Source of the DNA: Paraspadella gotoi
Taxonomy: Eukaryota > Animalia > Chaetognatha
Assembly: GCA_051294375.1 (NCBI GenBank)
Contig: CM119269.1
Span: 2,410,699 to 2,474,698, forward strand
DNA: 64,000 nt
Direction of reading: 5' to 3'
Part shown: piece by piece, positions 41,185-55,880 of the stretch
Layout: every line of letters starts with the position of its first letter
Position numbering within the stretch: the first letter of the stretch is position 1
The notes under the pieces: generated by a model
Told to the model about the DNA's origin: nothing
Seen by the model: the letters and a program-made list of their open reading frames with translations, nothing else
Database searches by the model: none
Program-made: the position numbers and the translations under genes

Positions 41185-44100
41185 TTCGTGTCGATCGTTC
41201 GTGCGTCGTCCGTCTTAAACCGTCGTTATTATCGCCCTTTCGAAAGATGATAATAATTCATTAATAGATAAGTGGATTTAGAAGCCGAGCGAAGCAAAGC
41301 GGCGACTCTCCAGTGATTTACAGACGCCCGAAGCGAGAAGCGAATCGAAAAGAAAAGAAAAAAAACCAAATTGTTGATTCAACCGAGAGAATAAAAAGAA
41401 AGAAACGTTGAGCTGGAAATTGAGAAAATTGTTGTTTCTCACCGACGGTTGCGCTTGACTCGCGGAAATCTCCGTTGCTTTAATCGGTTCTTTAATCCGA
41501 GCGTTAATTATCAAAGTTGGGGGGGGGAGAGTGGCGAGGAAGAAAATGGGGGGGGAAGATTTGCCAGTAGACAATCTACGCATAAAATTAAATTTCAATA
41601 GGGGGTTCAAAACTTTAGCTTTAGTTCGCATTTTAATGCTTTTATTGTGGCTATCAAAATTACAATATTAGTACTATAATAATGCAATAAAACATTTTTT
41701 TAATCTATCTTAACTTTTTTTGAATGGATTCTTGATAGCAGTAGAAGTAGTTAAATTAAAAAATAAAATAAAACTTACAACTTTCAAAAAATTCTTATTT
41801 TTTCTTAGCCGTTCAAAAAAGAAAGAAAAAAGTAATAAAATTTCGAAATTCATATTTGATGATATTTGATGAATTAATAATACTTTTTACTATACTTTGC
41901 TCTGCCGACAACTTTTTAGCAAACTACCTTAATCTTATCTTTAAAAATTAAAAGAAAAAGATAGCCTTTCTTATTTATAAATAAATATTAAAAAATAATA
42001 TATGGGCTTATGGCGTTAGATTAAATTTTTGTCTATTCAATTTTTCAAAAGTTAAAAAATTTTCGTTGAGCTGGTGCTTAATTTCAACATTTTCATTAAC
42101 CACCTTACTGAGTTAGTCTACTCCTACTCACAGGCTGATGGTGGGAGAGATATAGAGAAAAAGAAAAAAAAAACTGGAAATACGAATCCCACGCTTTCTT
42201 CTTCATCGAGCGATGGGGAGGAACCCAATCAATCCTAAACTTTATGGGGAGCATATTGAGCTGTCCGAAGCCCACAGTGCATGTAGTATTGAGCGTATTT
42301 TTGAGTCTGTCGCAAGCACCAGTGATGGCGGTAGCGGATGCGCAATGACGACGTATGATGACGGGACGATGACGCCCGTTCCGAGCATGGAGCATTAAAC
42401 GCCGAGCGAACTCAGTCGAACGAGAACGACGGAAGACTGATGCGCATTAATGGGGCGCTCGACGGCTCGCGGACTTAACGGATGTCAAAGACTGTCTCGG
42501 GGACGGAACTCGATAAGAAGACGAAAAGGACGCGAGCGAAGATGGAAGAAAGCACGGGGAATCATGATGGAAGAAGAGAAAAATGATGATGGAGAAAGAC
42601 GGGGAAATAAGGGAATGGAGAAGAGAAAAATGCATGGTTGGAGAAAGACGGGCGAAATAAGGATGAGAAGAGAAAAAATGATTGATGGAGAAAGACGGCG
42701 GGAAATAAGGATGGAGAAGGAGAAAAATGATGATGAGAAAAGAAAAATATGATGGAGAAAGACGGGAAATATGATGGAGAAGAGAAAATAATGATGAGGA
42801 AAAGGAAAAATGATTGATGGAGAAAAAGTAATTGATTGAATGGCGAAGAGGGAAGAAAGATTAATAAAGAAAATGAAAGCCTAAAAGAAAATGCAGTGCA
42901 GATGGATGGAGAGAAGGCATCTGGCGTTGGATTGCATGGGATTCGTTAGAACTTTTAACGTATGAACATTGAAATACAAAAATTAAATTTAAATTCAAAG
43001 TTTAAAGAATATAATCGTATGTAAGTACATACAGTTTTAGTTATTTAATCGATAACCGCGGTGACAAAGATAAAAACGCCGTGTCTGAACGTTCGAACAT
43101 GAATAAAGAAAAAAAGGAAATTGCATAAAAGCGAAGTCGGACGACTGACCGACGACAACAACGACGACCGAGATGCTAATATTTACGCACCATAAACTGT
43201 CCATACTCGGATGAATTCAGAAATCACCCGGATGTGAAAGGCTTTAGCAGAAACGATATAGGAAGAGAGCGCCGTTGCACTCGAAAACTATCCGCGCCAT
43301 CAATTATACATTAAATGTTACAGCGATCGCTTGACTGACTCGTGCTGGCACGCAATTTAAAAGTCAACTATTTGTTAAAAATGACGATTAAAGTCGCGTT
43401 ATTTCATTTTTATTATCGTTTAATGAATAGTTTACTCTGCTTTCTTCTCTCTCGTCGCAGTGTTCAGCAATCACTCTGAATTCACCCGTAGGAATCGTAT
43501 TGGATGGTGACAAGGCTTTTGGAGTACGATCCGCAAGATGCACTCCAAGCCGATCCTCCTCCTCGTCGCCACGTGGCGGGTCAATTTCGCCTTTCTCATG
43601 TGCGGCGCAGCGGCGATATGCTGTGGGAGACCGTGACGGGTCGAGGGGCGGAAGGCGGGAAAAGAAAGAAAGAAAGACTAGGAAAGAAAGAAAGAAATGG
43701 AAAAGAAAGAAAGAAAAGACGCCGAAAGAAAGTATAAGAAATAAATAAAGAGAAGCAAAAGAAAAAAAAAAAAAAAAAAAAAGAAAGAAAGTCAAACAAT
43801 GCGTCATCGCCGATGAGATAGTTAGGCCAGCGGATTGCAACTATCGTATCTATCCCAAAACGAAGCCGGTATCGGCGCGACCTATACCTCAGCTCGAATC
43901 ACGACCAGGCGTTCCCGACTACAGCTTGGGAACACTGCGAGCCACCCTTCCGCAATTTCTCTCTCGGTACCTTCTCTCTCTCGCCTTCTTCGGAATTCTT
44001 TCTTCCCTCTTCTCCGTCATTTGCGCTCACCTTCCAAACTACATGAACGATTCAAGAAGCGACACAACACGCTCGTCAAGAAGGCACGAACCCTCTATCG

Positions 44101-47100
44101 CAGCCGTTCGCCTGGAGAGGCCGCCATAAGAAGGCGTGAGAGAGCAGAGAGAGGAAGACGAGGAGAGAGAGAGAGAGAGAAGACGAGAAGAGAAGAGAGA
44201 GAGAGATAGAGATAGATAGAGAGATTAACTTTCAAATTATCTTTGCTTATAAATGGACGATGACGTCTGTTCCCTTTTCGGCCACCTTCAGCGTCGTGAC
44301 CGCAAATGCAGCGCCTCAAGCTCATAATCATGCCGAGACCGCGGAACTGGCCGACACTGCGGCGTCGTATAGAGATTCAACGCCCCCGACGGAACACCGG
44401 CCGCCGCGGAGAAAAACGGGGACGCCGAAAAAGAGACGCCGGGAAGAGGAGGGATTGCTGAACGGCGCCGTGTTCGACGGAGCGCAGGAGGCAGGAGGAG
44501 ACTCGGAAGTGCGTCCCCCGTCGCGCCGACGCCGTCCGTTCAAAGACGATAGCGGTGTTTTCTTTTGTTGGGAGCATCTTGGAGAAATCTCGGCCTCCTA
44601 TCGCGGCCACCGCCATGCGTCTGCTCGCGCCTCCCACGGCCCCCCGCAAATCTCGACAAGCGTGCGCTCCATCAGCTTCGATTTCCAGCGTTCGGAAGCC
44701 CGCCGCCGGAGTCGGCAGGCGGCTTTCCCCGGCGCCGCAGAGCCTCGCCGCAGCCTGTCTCAACCTTCGAACTGGCTGAAGTTTCCAAAGTCGCCCCTCC
44801 ACGGACTCGACGAAACCCTTGGCGCGAGGAGTGATGAGAGGGCGATGTCAATGTGGAGTGAGCTGAGATGCTCATTGCTTTTAAAAATGTAAATTTTAAA
44901 TAATAATATTAATTAAAAACACCGACCAATGAATTTATGCGATGATAATGATGAGAATGAGTTTGAATTTTTTAAATGACTCTAATATCTGCCAATGCAG
45001 AGGAAACTGCTTGGAAACTCTGATACATTCTTAACAAAGCCTATGAATAATGAACTGAGCATCCTTTATCTGCTAATACTCATGCTGCTGTCTTAAAAAT
45101 GGTAAGGATACGGCTTATTTCAAACTTATTGCACATTAATTTTACATTCAATTAGGCCCTGCCAGTTTGCTTTGCTTATATATATGAGATTTAAGGTTGA
45201 AATTCACTGCCTTACAAATCGCGCCGCATATTGGGTTTGTTCATTCATTACAGAAGTGACAGGTGTACAAAAATGTATCAAGCTATAAATTTTAAACTTA
45301 TATTGTCGTTATTTTCGACACTACATCCATCATTTAATCATCCTCTTTGTTTTACAATACACACTATTTGATTCACATTATATTTCTCATTTATTTGCGC
45401 TAAACAACATACATTATTGCGCGAAGTCTGAATTCAATTAATGAAAACAATTATTTTTTTTTCAGTCAAGTAACGCAGCGTTCACTTAAAATATGTCGTC
45501 GGATTGCAGCACCGAAATTCTGTTGCCTTATTGAACCAATGCCGTTTCCCCTGTTAACAAAAAATCTCACAATATTAGTAATTTTATATCATTTTCATTC
45601 TGAGCCCGGATCATAGTTGAAAAGCAAGCTAATTTCTCCTGTCTGTCAAGAATGTTATACGACGCTTTCAAGAGACGTCGACTTTTTATTGCTCGATTGT
45701 TGGTTTGCTCTCGTCAAAAAAAATTCGAAATTGGAAAATTGAATAGTAATACACGCGTAACCTGTTATCGCATTCATATTATGCTTAAACGACTGTATAG
45801 ATAAACGAGTTAACTGTTTCGCCAGGTTAAAACTTATCTTCCTTTTCCGATCCGGACCCATTTGCAAGAAAACCAACCGGTTCCACTCTTCTGGTTCTTC
45901 CAGACGCATGGCACAAATCGCAGAGCGACATTTCGCCCAAAAACCAAAATTCTCCCATGCGAACCTCGTCGCCGCTGAGGAAAACTTGCTGGCAACGAGT
46001 TGGCAATTCAGTTGCAATTAGCTTGCAATTCAGTTGCAATTATTAGTTGCAATTCAGCGTATCATTTCAAGACGATGACGATCTAATATAATCGCTTTTA
46101 TTGCGAAACTAACCAGGCAAATGTTTTAGCAAGGAAAATTCGCCTATCTGATGCGCATTCCTGTCAGCGAATGTTATTCCAAAACCTAAACCGAGCATGA
46201 TACTCAACGCGGCGGTATATACTGGTAATAATATATATAATATTATAGATAAATAAATCGTTCGATTAAAGGATCATTTTCTCTCACTGATATTTCTAGC
46301 TAACGATCAAGAATGTTTGCTTTATTTTCGAACTAGATTTGCGCATGACTTCGTTTCTGTTGTTATCAAAACGAGTTTAATTATCTTTTTTTACAGTCGA
46401 AAATGAAAAGATTTCAATTTTTTAGCAAATTGATCGATGACTCGCGAAAAAACGTAAATAGAAACTGTCCTTTATATCAAATAAAAATATGCTACGTAGT
46501 AGCCCTTTATACTTGAATGATTATCAAATAAACTTGCTAAAATAGCGGAGTTCTGTTGCCCTCATATACTATTCTTAATTCGCCGTTCCACAAGAACTAA
46601 AGCCGGACTGGCATCCATTAACAGGATGGATTGCCTTTGATCAAAGAATGGTTAACGATATAAGTGAGTTCGTAAACAGTATATTTGATCTTAATAGGCA
46701 GCATGATTTCTGCCACATTAATGAACGAACCGCCTGCGCTGGAAACATTTTTTTAAAAATCGTACCAACATTATTTTACGAGCCCGGCGCTGCACGTTCG
46801 ACATAATTCGATATTGTTTAATTGTTAAAGGCGATTTCAATAAGAAGTTCAAATAGTTAAGAAACAACGATATGATTTCGTCCTGAGAGTATTTGATTTT
46901 GTTAGATGATTTTGTTTGCATCATCAATGGTACGCTTTCGGTTTAGCCGATTTCGCTCAATTATTCGCGCATTAAACTATATTTCATTTACTTTCTGGCA
47001 TGATTCTTTCGGCGATAAAATTTGCACTCAACTTTAGTCAATTTGTCAACGCGTGTTAATTTCTTTTTCGTATAGCGTCAAAATATTTATATTTTTCGCA

Positions 47101-47972
47101 GTGCTCCGTTAATCCTTTGAGCTTGCCTGTGAGTGTGTTAGACGTTTCTTACCTCGCATGACTGCCACTAGAATAAAAAGATTTGTTTACTTTGCAAATT
47201 ATAAACGTTGCATCGGCGATGAGTTCGTCAGCGAAGTAGTTACAAACCAAAATTTTCTTTTAGCTTAAATACTACAGTATATATGTAATATTGCGGTTTT
47301 TTAAGTTGAACATTGCGTATTAGCTTTTGTTTTCGTTGCTAATTCAGTTTTCAAAGTCGTAAGCGTAAACTGTCAACAAGGAATTCAAGAGATTCTCAAC
47401 CATTGCAACCTTTCTTCTCCCCGAACCCGCTTTCTCTGTCAGGACAAACGCGCGCAAAGCAGATGGCCATTCTCGTGTCCTGCTTCTGCATTTTGTGGGC
47501 TCCCGTACACCGTGTCGGGCCGTTGACGATGGTCGCGTCTCTCTAACCCCGAACTCCATCCCTGACGTTGTCTTCGGGAGATCGTCTATTTGGCTGCTTT
47601 GGCTCAATTCCCACCATCAAACCCTTCCTTTACTCTTTCCGTCAACGATATCCTTCAGGCATATTTTAAGATTGTTATGCATATAATAATATACATGCAT
47701 TCATGCAGTACTATTTTTTTTAATATTAAATGTTTACTTCGATTACGCTAAATCCCAATCTTTTCTCCCACAGATTGGCCTTCAAGCGAGATTCTCTGCG
47801 GTACAAGTGTTGCTACGTGACGGGAGAACGATCCCAGCGCTCAGACGATCTATGCGATCCTGTTTAGAAACAAAGAACAAAACGAGGCATTCCAGAAAAC
47901 AAACGAGATCGAATGACGACCTTGAAGCGACGTTTCTAGCGCGTGAGAAAAAGTCGTTGAAGACTTTTTTAA

Positions 47973-48014
<42 letters not shown>

Positions 48015-49205
48015 AGCAGTGCACTGCTGTGTCGTGTTACAAAACGATGTTTCTAGCCTCGCTAATTAATCTTCTTTTTTCTTACCCATTTCTCTTTCAC
48101 GTGACGCTCTGACGTTGACTCCCCCCCGCCCCCCCCTAAATAAAAAAAAATTCAACCTTCGCTCAAAGATTTCACATTTGTCTTCATTTTAAATGATATT
48201 GTGAGCGAATGCCCTCCCCCCCGTTGGCCATTGATATTGTAAAAATGATTCAGATCGTTTTGTTTTAGCGCGGGGTCCGATTCGATTTTCTTAGTCTTGT
48301 TGAAACTTCTTTTTTTCGTGCGGCTGCTGCTAATCTCTTTGCATATTTACCCGCTAGTGACTTTTGTTCGAAATCGCGCGAGAAAAAAAAAGAAAAAAGT
48401 CGCGCGACTATTGCTGCCGCCTGCGCTGTGCGCCAAAAGTGCGGAGGAAGAAAACACAAACGTCTCTTTGATTTTGTATTCCGTAGAGGTTTCGTTAACT
48501 AGTAATACATTTCTCATACCAATTATTATTAATAAAAAAAAAAAAGATTTATGTCGTGATTCCGCAATTTTCAAAAATTTTTACAATTATATTATCGTTA
48601 AAATAACGCGTATTGTTTTCCGGCTTCCGCCTTCCGACAACTGCAGCTCATTTTCTCCTTTCTCTCCTCCTTTCTTCCTCCAGGACATCCATAAGTGCTG
48701 CTCGCATCATTTCCTGCGAGCGCTTCGCCGCATGCGTCTCTTTAAAGTCCTCCAACGAAGTGGCCTCCCTCGCAGAAAAACCTTCGCCTTCATTATATCC
48801 TTTCCAGACCGGAGTTCCTTGGCCACTCTCAGAAAAGGGTGAGAAGCAAGGGACGGACGACGACGCATGACAAGCGACGACGGGCAACAAGCGACGACGA
48901 GGTTCATCGGACGAACGACGACGACAATTTTTACATTTGTTGAAAGTTGCGACGCTTGAGTGGACAGCCGTCCGGATGCAAAAATGAATTAGCGACGGAA
49001 AACAACAGCAACTGCAACGGTTTTCACGCAACGACGAAAACAAAGACTAAATTCAAACGTAAAGACGTTGAAGACGACGACGACGGACAATGACGACGAT
49101 GACGACGACGACGAACGATGACGACAACACGCTTGACTGGCAAGGTACGCTGACGATGGAATGTCCGCTTTCTCCCCTCGAATATTTGCGTTTCCTCTTC
49201 TCTCT

Positions 49206-49252
<47 letters not shown>

Positions 49253-51128
49253 CTGCTCTCTCATCTCCCTCTTCTCCCTCTTTCCGTCCCTCTGCCCCCC
49301 TCCTCTGGGTGTTTTTTGTTTTGTTCTTCGTTGTCAGTTTTTGTTTGAATTATTTGATTACAGCGGCTGGGTGCATGGCGACGACGACGACGACGACGAC
49401 GACCGACAACGAGGATTCCCAAAAAATTTTTCGAAATACAAAGGCTTGACAACAATAAAACAACGACAAAAGGGTGTACGCAATAACTACGTTATAAGCA
49501 AAAGGCTTTTGCAGGGCAATAACAATAACAGGAGACGTTATCGCCATACACAATGACAAAATCGCCGCTCGAATAACAACATTTGCGGTGCATATCGACG
49601 AATTCATAACGGCGGAGAATAATAAATTACCCCCGCTCCCCGCCTTCAACCCTCCCTCCGCCCTCCAACTTCCCATTCGTCCCTCCCCCCCCCAATAAAA
49701 AAAAAATTATAAGCGGTTTTCGAACTTATCCCGAATTTTGCCTTCGTTTCAACTTTCCGGCGGAGACGACGCGAATTCGCGGCGCCGCCTCTCGCCGCCG
49801 CAGGGGCTCGACGCGCCGCTCGCCGCCGGCTCCGGACGGCCAGCAGCGCGGCGGCGGCGGTGAAAAAGATGATCTTCCACTCGGGGGGATCCTTCCTCTT
49901 GTACGCCAAACAACGTCAGAACTTTACAGCGCCTTTTTGTAGCCCAGTTACTCCCAAAGTGCAAAAGCTCGTCAACCCGGGATGCAGTTATTCGGAACGG
50001 AGATGGCGGCTGAGAGCCGGAGCGGTAAGGTAACCGAGGCGGGATTGAGGCGGAGTGCTCAGTGTGAAAACCTTTAGAACTTTGTATATACTAACTTGAG
50101 TCATTAAATATTCTTTTTTAGATTCATTTATCTGTATTTACTCATCTCTTGTTTCGAGCTAAAAGTAAAATGAAATCCGAAAAACTTGCATCAGCATTAA
50201 ATTGAAATTGAAATTTTATTTAAATTTATTTAAATTTTGAATGGAAAAGTGGTTTAGAAAAAAGATACGAAAAAAAGAAGAATAAAGGTTAAAAACCAGA
50301 GAGAGAGGAGAGAGAGAAGAAGACGAGATGAGGAGAGCAGAAGAGAGAGAGAGAGAGAGAGAGCAGAGAGAGAGAGAGATTTGAGCAAAAGAATTTTTTT
50401 AGCAAGGGAAGTGACTTGTTTAGAGAGTTCTCGTCGTGCTTTCGTCTGGGATATTCCGCCGCCGCACCAGGCCGCCGCCGCCCCCTAGCCCGCCCCGACC
50501 GCCCCTAGCCGGCCGCCGCCGCCCCCTAGCCGCCGCCGCCCAAGGCCGCCGCAGCCACCATAACCCAGAGCCAGATCGTTAACATTGAGTTCCTTCGAAA
50601 GCTCCGAACGGGGAAAGAACGTTTATCATCGAGTGGCCAAAAAGTTAGGGGAGGGCAATGCAGCTGGTGGAGGTTGGCGAAAGCTCCTTCCTTGTCGCTC
50701 AGACACAAAATTATAGTTTAAAATCGAGAGGGAGCCAGAAAATAGCTCTCTTTCTCTACTCTCTCTCTCGCTCTCAAAACTTTTCACTTTTCTCTCTCAA
50801 GCATTTCCCCTTAAGTGTCTCTTCACTTCACTCTCCCTTTCTCCCTCTCTTTCACTCACATCAGAACCTTTTTCCCCTACCCCATATTTCACCGATTTCG
50901 CTTCAAAAATTAAATAACAGCCCAAAAATGTTAATTGACCCCGCCGACCCCCCGCCTGCTCCATCCCCCCCCCCTCTGGCCCCTCTCGCGGACCTCTCAA
51001 CTCATTTCCGCCTACACGACCGATGCTTAACTGCCAAAATTTTCCTCTTTCCACATCATTTTTATGACCCACATTTTTCGTCCACCGTCGCTTTCGCCCC
51101 GCACTTCCCACTCCGCCCACTAAAGCCT
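41109..51128 (+). repeat. ~10-kb tandem duplicate of ~31253-41083, dense with single-base insertions (probable uncorrected long-read copy)
   Basis: Collinear throughout; carries frameshifted copies of the GPCR exons (~43461-47970) and TIAM-like exons (~48684-48838, ~49713-49980); errors are spread evenly over exons and introns. Confidence 0.92.
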
Positions 51129-52131
51129 GACCCTTCACGCCCCTCCTCCCATCGAATGCCGATAAGTCAATTTCCGAGTTCTCTATCCGGGTCAGACCCG
51201 GACAGCCGCCCCCACTTCCTTCGTCCATCGCGGTCCAATATCCCTTCTCTCGCGCCCACTAACAAAAAAAAAAAAAAATTGCTGATCGAACTCTGGGATT
51301 TGATGTCGGTCGCTGTCGGCTTTAGTGGAAAACTTAAATGTGCTTTGGATGTACGGTACCCAGTAGCGTCAAAAATACAGCGGTGTCGTCCGCGCTGTTG
51401 ACGGTTTTTACGTGCGTCGTCGTCGTCGTCGTCGATCGGGCCCACTGGTCTCCGAATCAGCAAACAAGAGCAGTCATGGGCGTCGATTTCAGTTGTTCAG
51501 GCGAGATTCAAAAGAAGAGAGAGAATGAGAGAACAGAAAAGAGAAAGGAGAGAGAGAGAGAAGAGAGAAGAGAGAAGAGGAGAGAGAAGAGAGCAAAGAA
51601 AGTAGAAAGGATGGTCGTTCCGATTTCTCTTACATCCTCCACCCTCCTTTTACATGTTTTCCGACAATGAACAAGACTCCCCTCTCTCTGCGTCAAGAAA
51701 TAAAAAAAAAGAAACCATAATTTTCCGTCTCAGCGCATGCGCTGCCTGCGAAACGAATAATGAATAAAAAAAATGATTTGTTAAAATTGAAAACACTTTT
51801 TTTTATTTCATTCTTGGTGAAATTCGCTGACGCGCGTGATTAATTTATTGCTAAATGTTTATATGAGACGTGGGAAATAACCAAAATTATTAGAAGAATT
51901 AGTTATTGCGCATCTGGTATTAATTTCGTGTCCCGTAATAAACTGCTGCCGTTAATTTCTCTCGGCGTCCGTAAAAACAAAAAAAATCGGGATCGTTAAT
52001 TGTTTTGGGTTGCTGCCGTTACGTGATTATTTTCTGTTTTTCTTTGTCTTTTCTTTCTTTAATTTTTTGTTTCTTTATTTCTTTATTTCTTTCTTTCTTT
52101 CGTTCTTTCTTTCTTTTTCTTTTTATTTCTC

Positions 52132-52223
<92 letters not shown>

Positions 52224-52338
52224 TTTTTCTATCATTATATTTCCCTCTTTCTCGTTATTCCCAAAGCCTCCAATTTTCCTCTCAACGTTTTTGCGATAGT
52301 AATTTAACATTTTTTATGGGCAAAAGCGAGAGCGAGAG

Positions 52339-52479
<141 letters not shown>

Positions 52480-53424
52480 TATAGGCTGATTCCTTGAGAG
52501 GCGAGGAGGAAAGTCGACAGGCTCGAAAATTCTCGTCAAGAAAGATAAGCCAAAAAAAATTGTTGGATTAACTATCGTTTATAGACTAACGTTCATAATA
52601 CTAACGTTGGTTTAAAAAAAAACGAGTTTTTATGTCAAAATACCCATTGACGAATTTACGCTACATTGTAGGACCTAATGTTGTTTAGTATCAAGATGAG
52701 ATTTCATTGTTCTGCTTGATGTTTTTTTTATTTTCGTAAGAAATCGTTTCAGAGAAATTAATTTTTTAAAATAGGTCGATGTGAATTGGTCCGGGGAAAG
52801 GGTGTTCACTGTTCAGGTGGGTATGGGTAAGTCTGAATGCGACAGGGAGTGAGCTGTACCTGAATGTACGTGTACGTATCTCTCGGATTTGATTTCGACA
52901 ACGAATTCTCGGCAAACATTGGACGACGTTTTCCCGAACAATTCAGAGCCAAAAAAAAAAAAAAAAAAAAATGGGTTGAGATTAAAATTTAACTCAGAAT
53001 CCAATTTGCATTTGCAAAGTTCGTTCGCGTCCCGGGATTTGTACGGACGAACGGACGGACCGTTGGATGGATGACGGGCTACGATTTTGCCAGAGGAAAA
53101 AAAAAAAGGAGAGAACTTAATGACTGTGAATAATGGAAGGAGGAGGAGAAGAAATGAAAATGGAAGGGAATGAAAATGAAAGAACAATGGCTCTTGATTC
53201 GGGGGAATGTGAGTTGGTTGAAAAGGGAAATCAGTCGGGGGGGCGGGGAGTTGGTTCGGTTGGAGCAGAAACCATCTTTGAAAAAGAGGAGCAAGGAAAA
53301 GGGAGTATTTTAATAGGAGCGCGAAGATGTGGAGACAAAAAGGCGAGGAAAAAGAAGAGGGAGCTTCGGCTTTTGTGGTTTAGCTGCAGAGTTTGGAAAA
53401 GAGTGAGTTGTTGACTCCTTAATC

Positions 53425-53575
53425 AGTATTTACTATTTAGTATTTACTATTTACTATTTAGTATTTACTATTTAGTATTTACTATTTAGTATTTACTATT
53501 TAGTATTTTGTGGCGGTGTGAATATACCGGTGTGAATATACCGGTGTGAATATACCGCCACAATTTACTATTTAG
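53425..53575. repeat. Adjacent 14-bp tandem repeats (tagtatttactatt)n and (ggtgtgaatatacc)x3
   Basis: Direct reading. Confidence 0.85.
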
Positions 53576-55343
53576 GGCGTTAAGCGTGACGAAGCACTTG
53601 GGCTTTTGAAACGAAAAGTACGAAGAAAAGTTTTCTTTGTCGCTTTCTTTGAATTTTATTTTTCGGGGTGAATTTTTCTATTGGGAGCGGGGTGATCCAC
53701 CAGGCTTTGGGATTTTCCAAGCGTCCCGCTTGTCTTTTCTCGTTTCTTAAATGAGAATCGCGAACGGAGCAAAGAGAAACGTGGAATTTCTCCGAAGGTT
53801 TTAACATCTGCGGAAGAAATAAAACCCGACGTTGGAATATTTTACTTTTTTAAATTTATTACGTACTAATTAGCAAAATAAAGGTTTTTTTTTTTTTTTA
53901 GTAAAAACTTTCTAAAGATTTAAAAAAAAAACCGTCAGCACTTTTTGTTTAAGGCAGAAATTTTATATGCGGTGACGCATCTGCGTAACTTTTTTTTGTT
54001 GGGGGAGGAGGAGTATAAATTAAGCAATTTGCGTAAGGAGTTTATGTGCGTTTTGGGTTCTTGTGTGGATAATCGGTGAATTGGTCGGTCGGTTAAACCG
54101 ACCGTCAATGTTTTTCTGAATAGCAGCTTCTCTTTTCCGCATTGCTTTCATTCTCTGGATCTTTTGTTTTCTTTTTTTTTTAAATAGAAGGTGGTTCAAT
54201 TTATTTTTTAACTTTGCTTAAACGTTCCGACGATAACGAGGGAGGGCGCGGCAGTTGAGCGCGCGGCCAGACGGCTCAAGCGGCTAGATAGGCGGCCGGA
54301 CAATCGGACGGACTGTCGAGTCAGCGAATTTCAACAGATTCGAGTTTTGATCTCACGTTTTTTTTGAGAAGGGACTCGCCGAGGCTTAGAAAGGGGATCC
54401 CATGAGGCGCCGAGGACGATTAGAGACCATCACTCCTTCTCTCCGCCACATATACCGTCACAACGAACAATGTCAAAAACGTGATACCGTCACATCATCA
54501 CAACTTCACAGCGACTTGAGATAAGCGATCTTATTTCCTTATTATCTTATTTGACAGTTTCTCGTCAAATGTCGCCATTTAAAACTGAAAAGAAAAATGA
54601 AAGAAAAAATAAGTAAAGGGAATTAAAAACGCAACCCTCCAGTAGCGTGGGGATATCGTTCTTTGGCACGCTTTTGCGGCTGGATACTGTTATGTATCAC
54701 TCAATAGCACGACGAAGTTGCGTCACTTTTATCGCCTCCTTTGTGAGTTGATCGCTTCCGCCTCCTTTTTTTTTAACCGGAGGAAAACTTAAGATTCGTA
54801 AGTTTGGTCGATAAGAAAAGAGAGGATCTCGGAGGGAGAATTAAAAAAAGCAACTAGAAAAGTAAAATATGAATATAAAAAAGATAAACCAAACGCAAAC
54901 CAGAAAAATAATGTTTAAGAATTTTAGCATAGAAATGAGTTAAAATGAGATAAGAAAATGCGTGAGAAAAAAAAGAAATCACGCTTTGAAAAAAAATAAA
55001 AAAAAGAGGTGGATATGATACATCAAGGTGGATAAAAAAAAGCTTAAATATTTATTTTTCACGTAATTAACTCGCGATGGAAAGACTAATCGAAATCGGT
55101 AAATTGAAGAGAGTAATAAAAATATTAACACGATAAGCTTAGAGAGAAGGAAAAAGAAAGCTATACTATGATGCAGCAGCAGGTACAGTACTTTAAATAG
55201 GTACAGTAGTTTAAATAAAAAAAAGGGGAAAATATGCGGGAATTTTTTCCCCTCTATACTAAAACCACAACGACGATTTTTACCAGCGACGACGACGAGA
55301 ACGACGACGTCGACGACGACAGAAACGACGACAGAAACGACCC

Positions 55344-55880
55344 CTATCCTCGGCCGTGAAAAACTTTGCCTTCTCGGTGGAATATCCGCCGCCAGTTTAT
55401 GTGCAAATGAGGCTGCGGCGAAAATCGCGTGGATTCTCTCGACCTTTTCCACTTTTGCGGTTTTCGTCGTCGAGATCCTTTTTTGGTAAAAGTGTCGTCG
55501 TCGTCGTCGTCGTCGTCTTTTGTTGTAAGGAATGGAGCCGTTTTTGTTGTCTTCAACGTCAACTTTCCTTTTCTCCAAGGAGTGAGCGACGCCATTATTT
55601 TTTTTTTTTGGCCTGGTTCGAAAGAACGTCGTCATCGGCATTGTCAGCGTCGTCGTTGTCATTGTCATCCGAAGATTGTGTCGTCTTTTTCGTCGCCGCC
55701 TAAATCGTTGTCGTTATCCGAGTCGTCTTTGTCATCGCTGTTCTAATCGTCATCGTCGTTGTTGTCATCATATTTTCTTATCATAGTCTTCGTTGTTGCC
55801 CTGTTTCTTTGTCGTCGTCACTTTGTTTTCTTTTATCATTGTCGTCTTTGTCATCGTCGCCGGTGTCATCATCTTCCCTT
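55344..55880 (-). CDS. Possible acidic D/N-rich terminal exon of an unidentified gene (frameshifted as assembled)
   Basis: Minus-strand pieces read DDDTGDDDKDDNDK..DSDNDNDLGGDEKDD..EKRKVDVEDNKNG..DDDDTFTKKGSRRRKPQKWKR..HREGKVFHGRG-stop; several indels are needed and no family is recognised. Confidence 0.3.

Noticed and set aside
41109-51128. Tandem pseudogene copies of the GPCR and TIAM-like genes
   Set aside because: Uniform single-base insertions with few substitutions, next to a 25-N gap, fit an unpolished long read rather than evolutionary decay.
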